A DNA stretch of 64,000 nt from Oikopleura dioica (taxonomy: Eukaryota > Animalia > Chordata). Position numbers and translations under genes: made by a program. The DNA lies in NCBI GenBank assembly GCA_907165135.1, contig OU015566.1, positions 12,586,001-12,650,000 on the forward strand, read 5' to 3'. A model generated the notes under the pieces. That model made no database searches. It saw only the letters and a list, made by a program, of their open reading frames with translations, and was not told where the DNA came from. The stretch's first letter is position 1, and each line of letters starts with the position of its first letter. Below, piece after piece: positions 49,886 to 63,093 of this stretch.

Positions 49886-52158
49886 TTATGTAACTGTATT
49901 ATCAGAATCTGACATAGATGGAGCAAGTTTTTTTCTGAAAATGTGAATGACAAAATGAACAGTTGCACAGGCTCCTACGAACCAGCTTAAACATGTGGAC
50001 CAGAAAGTAAATTTGCTCGCTTTATTTTCTTTCTCTTCCTCATCTTGAATCCGGAATGGTCCAAGAGTGACGATTCGTTCCGGATGATAGTCTAACGAAG
50101 AAGCTCTTCGTTTTCGCCGATCGGCAGAGAAGATAGGGTTGGTAAGATCGCCTAACCGACAGGTTGATTGACAGGCTGGGTCTTAGTAAGGGTTCTGTTT
50201 GTTAGTTCTTTGTCAATTGCTTAAATTTGTGAGAAAGTCTAAGGCTTTTAACCCGTAGCATTAGCTTTTCGCAAGTCGCAAATAATCACATCGCACTAAA
50301 ACTTATGTCAGTCTTCGTTTGATAGTGATGATTGCCTGTATGTAGACGAAGTTGGAGCCGGGAAACCTCAGCGTCTTCGTTTCGAAGCGATCTTCCTTGT
50401 GGAGCCGTGGTTGAAGAAAAGTAAAGGAATCCGCGGGACAGCCGTTGTACATCATTGGATAGGAAACAGTGTTGCTAGAAAAAAATAAAAAGAATTGAAA
50501 AGTGAGTCTAGTGTGAACTAACTTAGGGTCGACAGAAGGAGCCGACCAGCAACTCTTCGTGAAAATGTAAAAATAATGCATTTGAGTGATCACCTCTGCA
50601 CCGAGAAAGACGCGTTCGTTGAGTGATTTCGGCAGAGGAAAGGATTGAAATGGGTATCTTAGAATAAATTAAAGCATTATCTTCCACGCGTTTGTTATTT
50701 TTTACCTGGTCAGATAACTGGAATTCTCGTAGACATTCAATCTGAAGAGAAAATCGCCAGCGTTTTGAATCGCTCCCATTCCTCTTTCAAGGTCACTTAT
50801 CATTATTGGTTTCACAAAATTATTTTTTGCTATAAAAATTCATCCTGTAAAGTGGTATTTAGATTTGCTGATGTTTTGAACCGTTCCCTGTTACCATAAA
50901 GTCCGAGATAACATAAACGGGCATAATTTCTGAGGACACCTCCCAACTCGTCTCATTCACGAACTTGTTGTCGATTCGACCAAGGCGATCAATCACACAT
51001 CGAAATAAATAAATTTCTCCGTAGTCTCTGTAAACTCCCCCGGTCAATGCTGGTGCTCGGCTAAATTTCAAAGTGTTCAACTTTTTCTTCATGTCGGAAA
51101 CTTACCTTAGGTTATTCTCATAAATGAACTTGGTCGGTTGGTTTTCGTCGTATCTCATTCGCGTTTCGCATTCAGTAAACCTGAAAGAATAAAACACTGG
51201 CTATTCTACTGGTAAGAGTAGAAAACTTACTTGTATGAAAAAACGACGCCCTGTTGATCCTCAAATGAATGTGTACAGGTCGCACTCATCATGTCGAAGC
51301 CAAGCAAATAGTCGCCAAGACTTGATTTCGGCATTCTCACAATAAAACGATCGTTGATCGTGTCGCACTCAACGCTTGGAGTATATGGCGGCATAAGTGT
51401 CACTGTCGTCGTTATTGTCGTGCTCGTTGTCGTTGTTGCTTGTGCTCCGAAGAAGCCTTCGCAGCCTTCTGGGCGTTGACACATGTAGCCATCTGAATTT
51501 TCGAGGTGAGCAATGATCAAATAACGATGAAAACACAGATTGCTTTTTCTCGGAAAATTTTATCCATAAAAACAAGAAAAGATTATTTTTAAAGATAAAA
51601 ACCGGTTTGAACTGGGGGTGTTGGAAACAACCGGTCAGTCAGTAATTTGACCTTTGATGTACGGTCCTCATTGACCTCGAATCGCTCTATGGAACGTACT
51701 TACTGTATCCTTAACATCGCAATCTTTGCCGTAAAAGCCGCTCAAACATTGGCACCAATAACTGTTCCACTTATTCTCGCAATTCGCACTTCCCGACGCA
51801 AAGCATGGTTCCAGGATCTCGCACTGATTGAGCCGCGTGTACATGAAGTGATCAGTTTGATCCTGGTCGCCGAACACTTCAAAAGCCTCGGCCCAGTCGC
51901 AAGTTTCTTCGTTGCATTCTCGCTCAAGATCCGCAGGTTGCGCTTCTTCCGCAAGAGTGTCGTCCATTGCGGAAGGGTCGGAATTCATTCGCCCTAGAAT
52001 AAAGTTCATTATGGTTCCATATTTTTAAGAAAAAAAGCTTCCAAAGATAACTAACTCTGTCTCCTCAAAAATGCACTGGCTTCTTCTTTGCTTATTTCCG
52101 GCAGACTTTCGACAGCCATAGCACTCAAAGCAATACTCAAAAATAACCGTAATGCCAT
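49886..52158 (-). CDS. Type I membrane protein: signal + propeptide + Gla domain + EGF + Thr-rich linker + ZP domain + furin site + EHP + TM
   Basis: EISKEEASAFLRRQR|R, LAEEAQPADLERECNEETCDWAEAFEVF, 6-Cys EGF, ZP-N Cys1-4 (VECDT, SATCTH, FTECET..IYENNL, LFRCVI), ZP-C (GDFLFRLNVY, KSCWSAPS, YNGCPAD, DRF..LRFPG..VYI), RRKRR, IVTLGPFRI, TM, RKK tail. Confidence 0.85.
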
Positions 52159-52455
52159 TCTCTTCAAATAATTAGACTGACTTTCCCGGAAAAAGTTTCC
52201 GTTAAAATCTGCGTTTCTTGGAAAAAAATCTGCGTTTCCTGGAAAAATGAAAACCGAATAATTTCAGTTTCGAAATGTGTTTTTTAGATCTAAGATAAGA
52301 CCTCTTCTTCCACGGTTATGATACCGAAATAAACCGCTGGTAGGTCCTTCTCTCTTAGCATGATCATAACGGCTTCTTGATGACCTAACAGGCTAAGATT
52401 TTTTAATCTAGCCAGCTCCTTATTTTTCAGAAAAAAGCTTCCAAAGATAACTTAC

Positions 52456-52561
52456 TCTGTCTCCTTAAAAATGCACTGGCTTCTTCTTTGCTTATTTCTG
52501 GAAGACTTTCGACAGCCATATAACTCAAAGCAAAAATACTCAAAAATGATCCTAACGCCAT
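52456..52561 (-). other. Duplicate signal/propeptide exon upstream of the Gla-EGF-ZP gene (candidate alternative first exon)
   Basis: MALGSFLSIFALSYMAVESLPEISKEEASAFLRRQ with intact ATG and GTAAGT donor in the same phase as 52056-52158. Confidence 0.7.
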
Positions 52562-52966
52562 TGTTTCTCTCAAAAATTGAACTGCCTTTTCCGGCAAAAT
52601 CTGTGTTAAAATAGTTCGTATTTTGGTCGTGAACCGGTCGGAACTAGTATTTGAAACTGAAAAATAGGCTTTCAAATAGGTTGTTCCAAGCTGAACATGT
52701 TTTCAAGATGTAAGATAAGATTATTTTTTGTCATCTGCAGTAGCCATGTTAGAAGGCCCTTCTTCAAAAGTTAAGAAAAATATATCGCTGATTTGTCATT
52801 TTCTATGAGCAAAGTTCGCTTCTTCCCGTATGAAATTGTTTATGAGAAAATGTGGTTTATTCCGCAAAATCCAGTACACAAACAAATACTTGTTCAAATA
52901 GGCGGAGATCATAAAGCCGTTTTCTTCTCAATAACGATTCTCAGTTGCAACGAAAGACAGAAAAAA

Positions 52967-55900
52967 ATGAGGTTCAAAAAGCCTCTTTTGCTGCTTTTCG
53001 CAGCAGTTTGCAAGAGTAGCTTGATAAGTCGAGATATCTGCGCAAGATGCAACAATCTTTCCCAGACGTCCAGAAGTCTTACGATGAGAGAAGTTCGAAA
53101 CGCGGAAATTGATGACCTCTATCACGTCTTTCTTTTGACAGAAAATGTGGACCGCCCTTTTGCTCGTTTTGGGCGCTCGCCTTCTTATGGCTTGGATTAT
53201 TATACTGATGCAGAGTTGAGCAGAATGGTTTGGGAAAATCCGCGTTATCCTTATGACGAGGATTTCGAAGTTCTAGTCGTTGCGGACGAAAATGGAAACT
53301 CAGGAATGCGTTAAACGCTAGTTTAGCTACCTCCTTTATTTGAAAATATTCAAAAACGCAATGAAAGTTTGCAATGCTGAAGAAAATCAATCTTCTAGTC
53401 CCTTGCTTTGCTACAACGGCGAGGATAAAAATGCAATTTCAAAGCTAGCTTTTTTGATATCATCAAAGCCTTTTCTCGAGCAAAACAGGCCTTACTCAAT
53501 TTCTCCTTTCAAAATCACCGAACTTCATTCTCCAGAATGGGATCGAATTCCAGCAGAATTCACTCAAATTGGTAATGCTCAGTATCTCCAACGCTTTTCG
53601 CAGCTAAATGTAAAAGAAGATATCCTTGGTGTTTTATCGGAAGCCTGCCAGGCTGAAGACAGAGGTCATCAAACAGCAGAACTCGTCGAGCAACTCAAAG
53701 TTGCTTCGCCAGGCGAAATCGAAGCAGCCGCCAACGCCGCGCACTCTGTTTGCAATGACAAAAACGACCTTGACGGAGAAAAACTTCTCTTTGACGCGTT
53801 AATCTTTTGCAGACTGGACAAATGTTTATCTCAAGCTGTGAAACTTCAGCGAACTAATGGATACGCTGGCTTTCCAGATCTACTCATGAACAGTCTTTTC
53901 ATCACTCCACAAACAGGGGAGAACAGTCTTTCAACTTTGAAGAATTTCTACGAATTCGCAAAGAACAGCTTTTCCCGAGACATCGAAAAACTGCTCCTAG
54001 GGAAGCTTATTCACGAGTTTTGTCAATTCAATTCGAATTGCCGGGCGACAAATGCTGTGAAAAACGCCGTTGAACTTCTTGAGAGGGGAATTTCTACATA
54101 TTGTGATGCAGAAGAAGATCTAATCTACCTAAAAGCGCTTGGAAATGGAGGCGTTTTCAACGACATTACAGTCATAACAGAGCGCTGCGCGTTCAGTGAT
54201 GACGAAGAAATCAGCTCGACAGCGATTGATGCTCTTCGACGAACAGAGTGCACGGAAGCACGATTCGAGTTCCTGACTGGAATCATGGAAGAGATCGACC
54301 ACCTTGCTCCGGAGCGGCGGCAAATGGCCCTACTCGCGCTGTGGGAATGTCCTTCTATCGAACTAAGAGACTTTTTGATCCAAGCGAGTATCGAGGAAGA
54401 AAGCTCGGACATGCTCAATTTGATGAAAACCCTGCAACTGGATCACATGAACTTGATGGGAGCGAACATGTCTGACTTTGCAGCGCTCCTCACTGGAAAC
54501 AGCTTCGTCTACAAAAACGATGTTATCAAGATTGAGAAGCTTAATCATCCGGGCTCCATTATTCTGAGACGACTGAACATCGATATGAACAAGTTTGTTA
54601 CTTTTGCGTATTTATACGTGAGTGGGGCGAACTTTCTATCCACCCAAGAAATGGTCAAAATAGATGAAGGGAAATTCGGCAGCTTGGAAATGCGCATCAG
54701 AGCGGTCAATTTGGAGAATGAAATCATCAAGATCTTCGACCCAAGGGCAAAGAACAACGATGTCGAGGGAGATTATGTTGCAGAAACCCTTGGACTCAAT
54801 CAAAAGCCACAATTGAAGCTCGACTTCCGACTCAGAGGCAGTGACGTTTTCAGCATTGAAATCGATGATATCAAGGCGTTCTTTGCTCAAATTTCTGAAG
54901 ATTACGAACGAACGATGAACTTGTCCCTTTTTGAGAAAGTAAAGGTGGCTTTCGGATACACAGACGTTGGAATCTTCAAATACTTGAAAAATGATGCCTT
55001 TGATTTTCAACGTTCTTTTCTCGTTCACCAAGAAAATGAGCAGGGTGAAAATTCAAACGACCCTCTTCGTCTAGAGACAGTGTCAAGAGAGACGGCATTT
55101 GAAACATTACGGCTCAAAAGCTCTCTCTCCCTTGATAAAAATTGGGAGTTCGTTCTGAAAGGAATTTTAAAAAGCGAGTTGGAAGAAAAAGAAACACTTG
55201 CAAATGAATTTATCCGTCGGCGTAGAAACTCAGACGTGTCCCACTTTGAAATTGCCTTTGGAAGTCAGGGATGGCGACTAAAAGCAAACGATGGAACTGG
55301 ACTCGAATACAGCAACGTCGGTGGATTCAGTTTCAAAGTAAATGGCGATGGAGCTCACGCTACTTTTGTATATTCTGAATCAACTGGAGAATTTATTATA
55401 ACAACTGCTGGATTTTTGGCTCCAAATGAGCAGGTCTTCTCTCTGCGCTCTGTTGATGGGGAACTCAGAGGATCATTCAGTCAACCATACGGTGAAGATG
55501 TCGAGTTCAAAATTTTCGATCAGATTCCAGAGTCGGAAAGAACGATTTTCAACATGAAGCCAACCATTGAGGCCCATGACAACGCAACACGTGCTTATTT
55601 GGCCCTAGAAAAGACTGAAAATCTTGCCGAGATTCTGGCCTTTATGACGTTCAAGAAATCTCCTGACAATCCAATGGCCGGTCCTCCTGCTGACATGAAA
55701 TATTTGAATCAAACTTTGGCGATCATGGATGGTCGATACGAAGAAGAGGAGATTATAACTAGTTTTGTTAACGTAAAACTCTCGCGAACGGTAGAAATCG
55801 GCAACGCGGAAGGAGAAATAAAGTTTATCCTCGACCTCGGAGACAATTTTCAAGTGCTTTTAGACACTGGAGTGGGAATTCAAGATGATAAGGCAAATGT

Positions 55901-58900
55901 TTTCTTTCATGGCGACGCTGGTGAACTTGGCAAAGTTGATTTCTTGGTTGACTCAAACTGGCGATCGGGAAAAGACTCGACCAAATATCAACTAAAAATC
56001 AGCCAGTTTGAAATCCAATCTGACTTCGTCCAACTTCGATTCGATAAAGGAAAAATGGCATTTCAACAAAATCACGTGCAAAAGTCCAAATGCCCGGCAG
56101 AAATGGGAGGATTCGTCGGATCTCAACGGGAAGTCGAAGGAACTTTTGACTTCAAATTCGATCTCATGGGAAAAACAGAACTTCTGGACATGGCGTTCTA
56201 TTTAAACATGGCCGATGATTATTCAAAATCCGCAGCGGGAATAAGGCTCAATCTGGTGCCTTCTTATCTTCGACTTTTTGCCACTAAGTACCAACTTGTG
56301 ACTTATTACCAACTCACTCCTGAAAAAATGATTGGCCGACTGGATGGGAAAAAGGAAGGCGAACATGAGATCGACATCAAAGGTCAAATTCTAGCGACGC
56401 CCGAGCAACTCCAATTCGAAGCGCTTTACAAATGGAAATTCTACGCTGAGTCGACTAAATATGGTCTTCGAAGCACATGGCAAGTCAAGAACCCAAGAAA
56501 CCTGTTTATCAGCTTCGAGCCGATTATGAACGATGAGAGCTACCCAGTTTCATTCAGATTCGTGGACAAGTCGGCAAAACGAGTAGATTACTATATTGAC
56601 GTCTCGCAAGACGTAGAAGCTCTATCATTAGATTTTCCAAGTCGAGTTCGTCTCCAATTGAAGGAGCCTACCGACGGCCATTACAAAGCTGTTGCTCTTT
56701 TGAACGGCCCTGGAGAGAAAAATCAGGAAAGCTACAGTGTGGATCTCTACGCCCAGAAAAAACGAACAGGCTTTGCGCTGAAGCAATCGAAAGAGTTCTT
56801 CCTGAGCTGGGAAAATTCGACTGACGTACGAACACAAACACTTTTCGCGATCAAATCAAGTGATGAAAATTATCTAAAAACATCAGCTGGTTATTCAAAG
56901 ATAAATAGTCTTGGTGCAAAAAAATGCAGTTTGACATTTGTCTCTGATTTTAAACCGGAAGCTGGGGAGACATGGAGGAGAAGCGCTCAGTTGAACATCA
57001 AAAACGAATGCGTCAGGGATCCGATGGTGGATCAAATCATCGGCAAAAACTCGGGATTCAAATTCTACGCCGCGGAGAACAACAAGAGACTGACAAGCTA
57101 TCTTGAGCTCGCCAAGAAGGGAATGGAAGAGAATCAACTTCAACGAATAACGGCTGGTCTCCTTGTTGATCCCAAAGCATCGACTATTGCCCTTCAAGTT
57201 TCTTTGGATCTGAATGAAGACTTGAAGAAAAAGTTTAAAATCGCGGGACGAAAGTTTACTGATACAGGCTCCGTTATTGTCAAAGTCTCCGAAGTACGTG
57301 AGCCAGAAGACATCGTTCTCGGCGAAATTTCGTATCTCGTCAAACCAGAAGAGTATGAATTCAGCATCGAAATTCCAGAAGAAACAGCAATGGAACAACA
57401 ATTCCAGATGGGAATCCTCAGTGTCAATGATGCCCTAACTAAACTCAATTTCGTTTATGTTCCCAATCGGGAGAAATTCGAAGCAAAATTGGCTACAACG
57501 GAGTTGCAACGAGAGTGGAAAGATGATGGAACATCAAACGAGCAGCAAGTGGACTTCAATTTAAGATTCACTGTTCCGAATGGATTAAAACCAGCAGAAG
57601 ACGGCCTCGTTGCGATAATAGAGGAAACAATTGATGGAAACTCTATAGCTAATTCTCTGAAGATAATTGTTGATGAGGAGCGAAAATCATTATCGGTTGT
57701 CGAATCGAATAATGATTTTTCTTTGGAAATATCTGTTGTTGATTTCAATTCAGAAAATGACATAAAATCTGAAATTTATGATGCCACAGGCGCTTTACTG
57801 GACGGAAAAAGCTTGCTCGAAGTAAAATGGTACAAAGAAGAAAGTTTAACTTGCAACCGAACTGATTATTTCCGAATATCAGCTGGGAAAATAGTCAACA
57901 TTTACGAAAATTTGATGGGTTTTGAAGAATCGGAGAATATTTACCCTGGATTTTTCGCACAAATGATGGGTACCAGCGACTCTCTTCCTGATTACGAGTT
58001 TATGATAACAAAGACTGCAGGTATTTTTGAAGCTCATTTCTATGGGCCAAAACCGATTCCTCGAGAACTATTGGACTTTACGTTGGAATCTGCTCTCTGT
58101 TTCACATACGATGAATACGATGAATACGGAGAACGGATTAACGATAAATACGGAAACTCGTTCTTGAAATTCAAAAATGTTGATGATCTTACAAGCATTT
58201 GGTGGAGTATACACGATTTAGAGACCCTGTTTATCGATTATCTACCAGAGGAAGTGGCGGTAGTCGAGCATCTGATCATGTATGAAAACGAAATCGAAAT
58301 CAAGAAAGATGGTCATAAAACGACGGTCGAACACACTTTGCCTGAAAAAAATCAAGTACTCGCGGAAATAGAAATGTCTTTCCATCAAAACGGACTCCAA
58401 GATTTTTACATTTCCGGTAAAAAGCCTGCAATCGAAGATGAAAGTCTCTGTTTGGAAAAATCAACTTCAATTTTTTGCTACCCATCACAGTCAATTTACT
58501 TGGATTCCTCAAACATGAAGGATTTCATTACAAATTTCGACAAAGAATCTTCTCTAACCATCGATCATAAGTTCCTTGAAAGATCAGAAAATTTGAGAAT
58601 CCGAGGAGTCATCAACAAAGTCGACTTGAATTTGAGACTTGAGGAAATTTATGAAGCGCCTGAGCAGAATAAGAATCTTACCGTCATTTTCAGCATTGAA
58701 AAGATCGGTTTGGACATTGGTCGCGGTCTCGTTGAGTCCAGCCCCATCACAAAACTTGTCTTAGTCTGTGATGTCTATGAGACCTCTCCGGAAGCTCAAC
58801 TAATGGGACTAGAACAGCGACATGCTAGACTCACTCTAGGGGGTGAACTTGACGATAACTCGATTTTGCTGCACGGCTCTGTTGTCAGCTTTATTCAATC

Positions 58901-61900
58901 GCAAGAGTTTACTGCTCTGTCGTTCAAAATTCACGGTCTTCTTGATCTCCCCTCCTCGTTTTCTTCCATCAATTCGCGCGCAAATCTGTTGATCGACATT
59001 GAAGAAAGAGGACGTCAGCTTGTTCTTTTCGACATGAAGAATGAATTGAGATCCTCCGCTGGTCGTGGCGATTTCTCATCGCAAGTCGAGGTCGAAGCCT
59101 ATGAGCTTCTGAACCAAACGACTGTCGATCTCCTTGTCAATTTTGGTGATCCAAGCGGCTCAACTGGGCTGATCTTTGGCTACGACGGCGAATACAAAAT
59201 CGACACAGATTGGCGGGTCGACATCAGCCGCAACGATGCTAGTATTCGCGCGATCGAATTCAAGCTCAATCCACTCCTGGAAGTCCGCAGCGATCGTGCA
59301 GAAGAACCAATGGTCGACTTGAAAATGAACCTCGAAGTGGAGCCGGAGTACAAAACCGCGACTTTGAACGAGTTCTTAATGTTGATCGACAACGATGTTT
59401 TCTATGAATTCGAAGTAACTCACGCGAATTTCCGAATGAACGAAAATCACATGGAACTTGTCGCCGAAATGTTCCACAACATCGATTTCCTGCACTATCA
59501 AATGGCGATTTTGCCGCACACGAGAATCGACGCCTTCGCTGATTTCCCCGAGCATGAGGCTTTCAAAGCAACAGCAATCGTCCAAGGCGCAGAAGGAAAA
59601 CATGAACAAATTTACCTCGTTCATGATTTGAGCCTTACATGCGATTACAAACTCGGCGGTCTTCATGATTTCTACGGAAAAGGGGCATTCAAAGCAGCCA
59701 GTCCAACTCTTCCGGAAGAAATCTCTTTCGACGTCGTTTCTGATCTTGATGCTGGAATCAACGTCAAGGCCGGCTACAACATTACAATAGGAAATGAAGA
59801 AGAGAACAAGTTTCTTCTTGGCGCGAGATTCGGAGAGCTCGTCTTTGATTACTCAAAAGATGGAGATTTGAAGACAAAGGTCGACCTTGCTGAAGGAAGC
59901 GTTTATCTTGACGGACACGTGAGCTTCGGCGAGAGTGGTTTCAGTGGAATCTCGCTTGCTTTAGACTTCTTTGGGAAGGATTTTGAAGTGCTCTTGAATA
60001 CATCGGAGTCTTATTTAAGCTCGGAAGTCTTCGTCAGTCACGAAGAAAAAGAATATGTCAGGCTGAGCTACGACTTTGAAAACAATCACAAAGAAGGACT
60101 TGTGATAAACATCCGCGAAATGAAAAACAAAATAATCATCGACCAAGATTGGCAAAATAGCCGCCTTTCATGGACCCTGGATACTCACGGTCCCGATCAT
60201 AAGTTCCAAAATACTGGAGAATTCAACAAGCCCTACAGAGTCACTTCTGAAACAATTCTTTCTGGATTCGGACTTGAAGACGAGCATAAATTGACTCTCT
60301 CAGGCGATATTATCGAGGAGCAGTCACCTGGAGAGGAAAAATACACGCTGAAAACAAGCGGCGAATACAACGAATACAAAGCATCTCTCGCCCTAGGCGG
60401 CGCCCTACGCTACACAACGGATGATTATTATGGACAAACCTACCATGCTTTTGACCAGCTAATAGGAGGAAGTGCCTTAATCGAGTGGTCGATGCCTAGT
60501 TTGGAGAAATTCCACTTTTTCTCGACCGAAGCCAGTGTCGATCTCAGCGGCCGAGTCGGTGGCGGACTCGAAGTGGAAGTCAATGACAATGAGCCGATCA
60601 AACTCGATGTCCGCTTCGTTGGTTTAGAAGAAGGAGCTACTTTTGGAATCGAATCCAAACTCAGTGGAATCATGCAACATGTAGATCCAGAGATCATTGA
60701 GAAGTTCATGCTCGCCAGGTCTTCTGTTGACATCGTTGTTTCATTGGACTGGAGTCTTCATACTTACTCCTTGACTGTAACTCCCGATGGCCAGGAATAC
60801 CATTTCAGAGGCTCGTACGAGCGAGACGGATTAACGATTTACTTCACTCAGCCGAATCAAATCAAAAACGTGCCTACTTGGGGCTCAATTCATTGCGAGG
60901 GAAGCGAGTCTGATGATGAGTTCTATTTCATTTGCAATGCCAAGGCTCTTGTCAACGATGTAAGTCGAGAATTGAACACAAAGTTCTCCAACATCGCCAC
61001 TTCCAACGCTGTTTACGAGTTCACCAGCAATGTTGCCGAATTAGACGTTTTGTACAACGACGAAATCCACGGACCAGAAAAGTGGTCGTTCAGACAAGAA
61101 AAGAAATCTGACGGATTTTTGTCGATGATTTCGTCGCATTCGAACAATAAAGGGACGAATAGCAGAAAGATTGTCGTCCTTGATACAGAAGAACGCGCCG
61201 TTATCGAGCTAAAAGCTCTTGATGAGCCAAAAAATTCTGACAAGTCGCGACTTCAGGAAAAGTTCATTACTTTGTTTTTTGTAGAAGAAAAATTTCTAGA
61301 ACAATTTGTTTTGTTTTATTCTTTAATTTTAAAAATTTTATTCTCCCAACCCGGGATAATAAAAAAAGAAACTTTCGTTTTTAATTTAAAAACAAACAAT
61401 TTGTTCTAGAAAAAAATCTTGAACTTGAAAAAAGTTGACTTTTAACTTGGACAAAAACACTCGCGAAGCAAAACTCTCCATCGACCGACCTGGTAACGCG
61501 GAAGGACTTGAAACCTACAGCTTCATCTTTCCTTCTGTTACTGACAGTGCTCGAGAACTGTTCAATGGAAATGGAAGCCGTCAATATGATTCGAACATCC
61601 GATTGATCATTTCTGGGGATGAAACTGAGGAGGGCTCTATTTTCAAGTTTGGCTTGAAAATCGGCAAACATGACTACACCGTCAACGTCCGTCATTTTGC
61701 AAAGCGAAACGAGCTGCCAAACGTTCTCGTTTTCGGATCTGAAAGCTTCTTGGAACTGGCTGGATCGAAAATTCCAATTCAAGGCACATTTGTCGAGCTT
61801 TACAAGGATCTCGGCCAAACTGGAGTGCGATTTACTCTCAATGAATGTCTCGCAAAGCTGATCAGAAAATACATTATTGAAAAAACAGACATCGTTGATG

Positions 61901-62919
61901 AGATTCGCTTCTTTTTCTACGACAATGAGTGGTTTTTTGGTGATTTTGCCGGACAAGTGGACAAAATTTCGAGAGATCTTGAAATCGAGCAGCTTTTTTC
62001 CTCCCTTCAACAGATGAATCCAGTTTCAATGATCGACGAAATGGCTGATTCCGCTGGTCAAATTTTGCCTTCAGAACTCGGTCTGAAAGCACGAATAAAA
62101 TCGCTAATCAACAGTTTATTTTTTGTTGGCGATTCGGAGATGTTCATCGGTCTTCCAATCAACATTCCCGACCAAATGCCGAAAGACTTCGACTTGTCCG
62201 CGGCGATTCTCGCTTCAGGACCTGTTCAATTCGCTGGAAAATTGTCGGATGTTGACTATTGGGTTGATATTTGGTTCCATATCAGAGCTTTTATCGCCAA
62301 AGAAAGATCTGTAAGATTCATTAAAATTTCAATAGCATTTGTATGAACTAATTTTTAGCCATTTTCCGGACGAGCCTGGCTCGTGGAAAACAGATACGTC
62401 CATACTTTCGACGGTGGAGATGGAATTCTCGATTCCGGATCTTCGTATCAAACAGACTACCTCTACAATCGAGAAATGAAGCTCTTGCCAACAGCAATCG
62501 GGGAATTCGAGACGATTATGGGAGTTGTTCACGGACAATTCGAGCTGGCGAAAGTAACTGAGCTTATCCTTCCTTGGAAGATGTTTGGAAATGTCGCGGG
62601 TTCTTTCGGTCGAATGGTAAGTCCTTCTATCTCTTTCAAGCCATTCAACGAGTTCTAGTCGCGAGAAATCGCCGATGATTTCCTGGTGATCAACAAACGC
62701 GTCAATTCTTCAAGCGAAGCCTGCCCAGTTGAAGAACTCCGACCGCGAAATGCTCGAAGATCCCTTCGACCTTGCCTTCCAATCGTTGACATTGAACCCA
62801 TCCGAAATATGATTCTCGAGGAAGACTGCGGAAAAATTTCTTCCTGTTCGATTTTGAAGTATTATTTGAGAAGATGCGCTGCTGAAGGCATTTTAATCGA
62901 AGAACCACAATGCAGCTGA
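52967..62919 (+). CDS. Large lipid transfer protein (apolipophorin/vitellogenin-like), ~3100 aa, with C-terminal vWD-like and C8-like domains
   Basis: Signal MRFKKPLLLLFAAVC; LLTP helical-domain motifs LKALGNGG, AIDALRR, RQMALLAL; long beta-rich body; YVHTFDG (vWD start); CLPIVD...DC...C..LKYY..RC..EG (C8 pattern). Confidence 0.8.
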
Positions 62920-63093
62920 GCGATTTCATTCTAGCACGAGCAAGATTTACATGTTCCCTTTCTTTTTTCTGAAAACAAATAAAAATTATAACTCGCAAAT
63001 AAATGACTAAAAACGACTAAACTAGTCAAAAATGGAAATTTATTTGAATAGCAATTGAAGGTCAGATTTTGCAGGTGGAGAAGAAGGTTACAG

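Noticed and set aside
54125-62092. Many minus-strand ORFs over the lipid transfer protein gene
   Set aside because: Antisense shadows of a long coding exon with no independent motifs.
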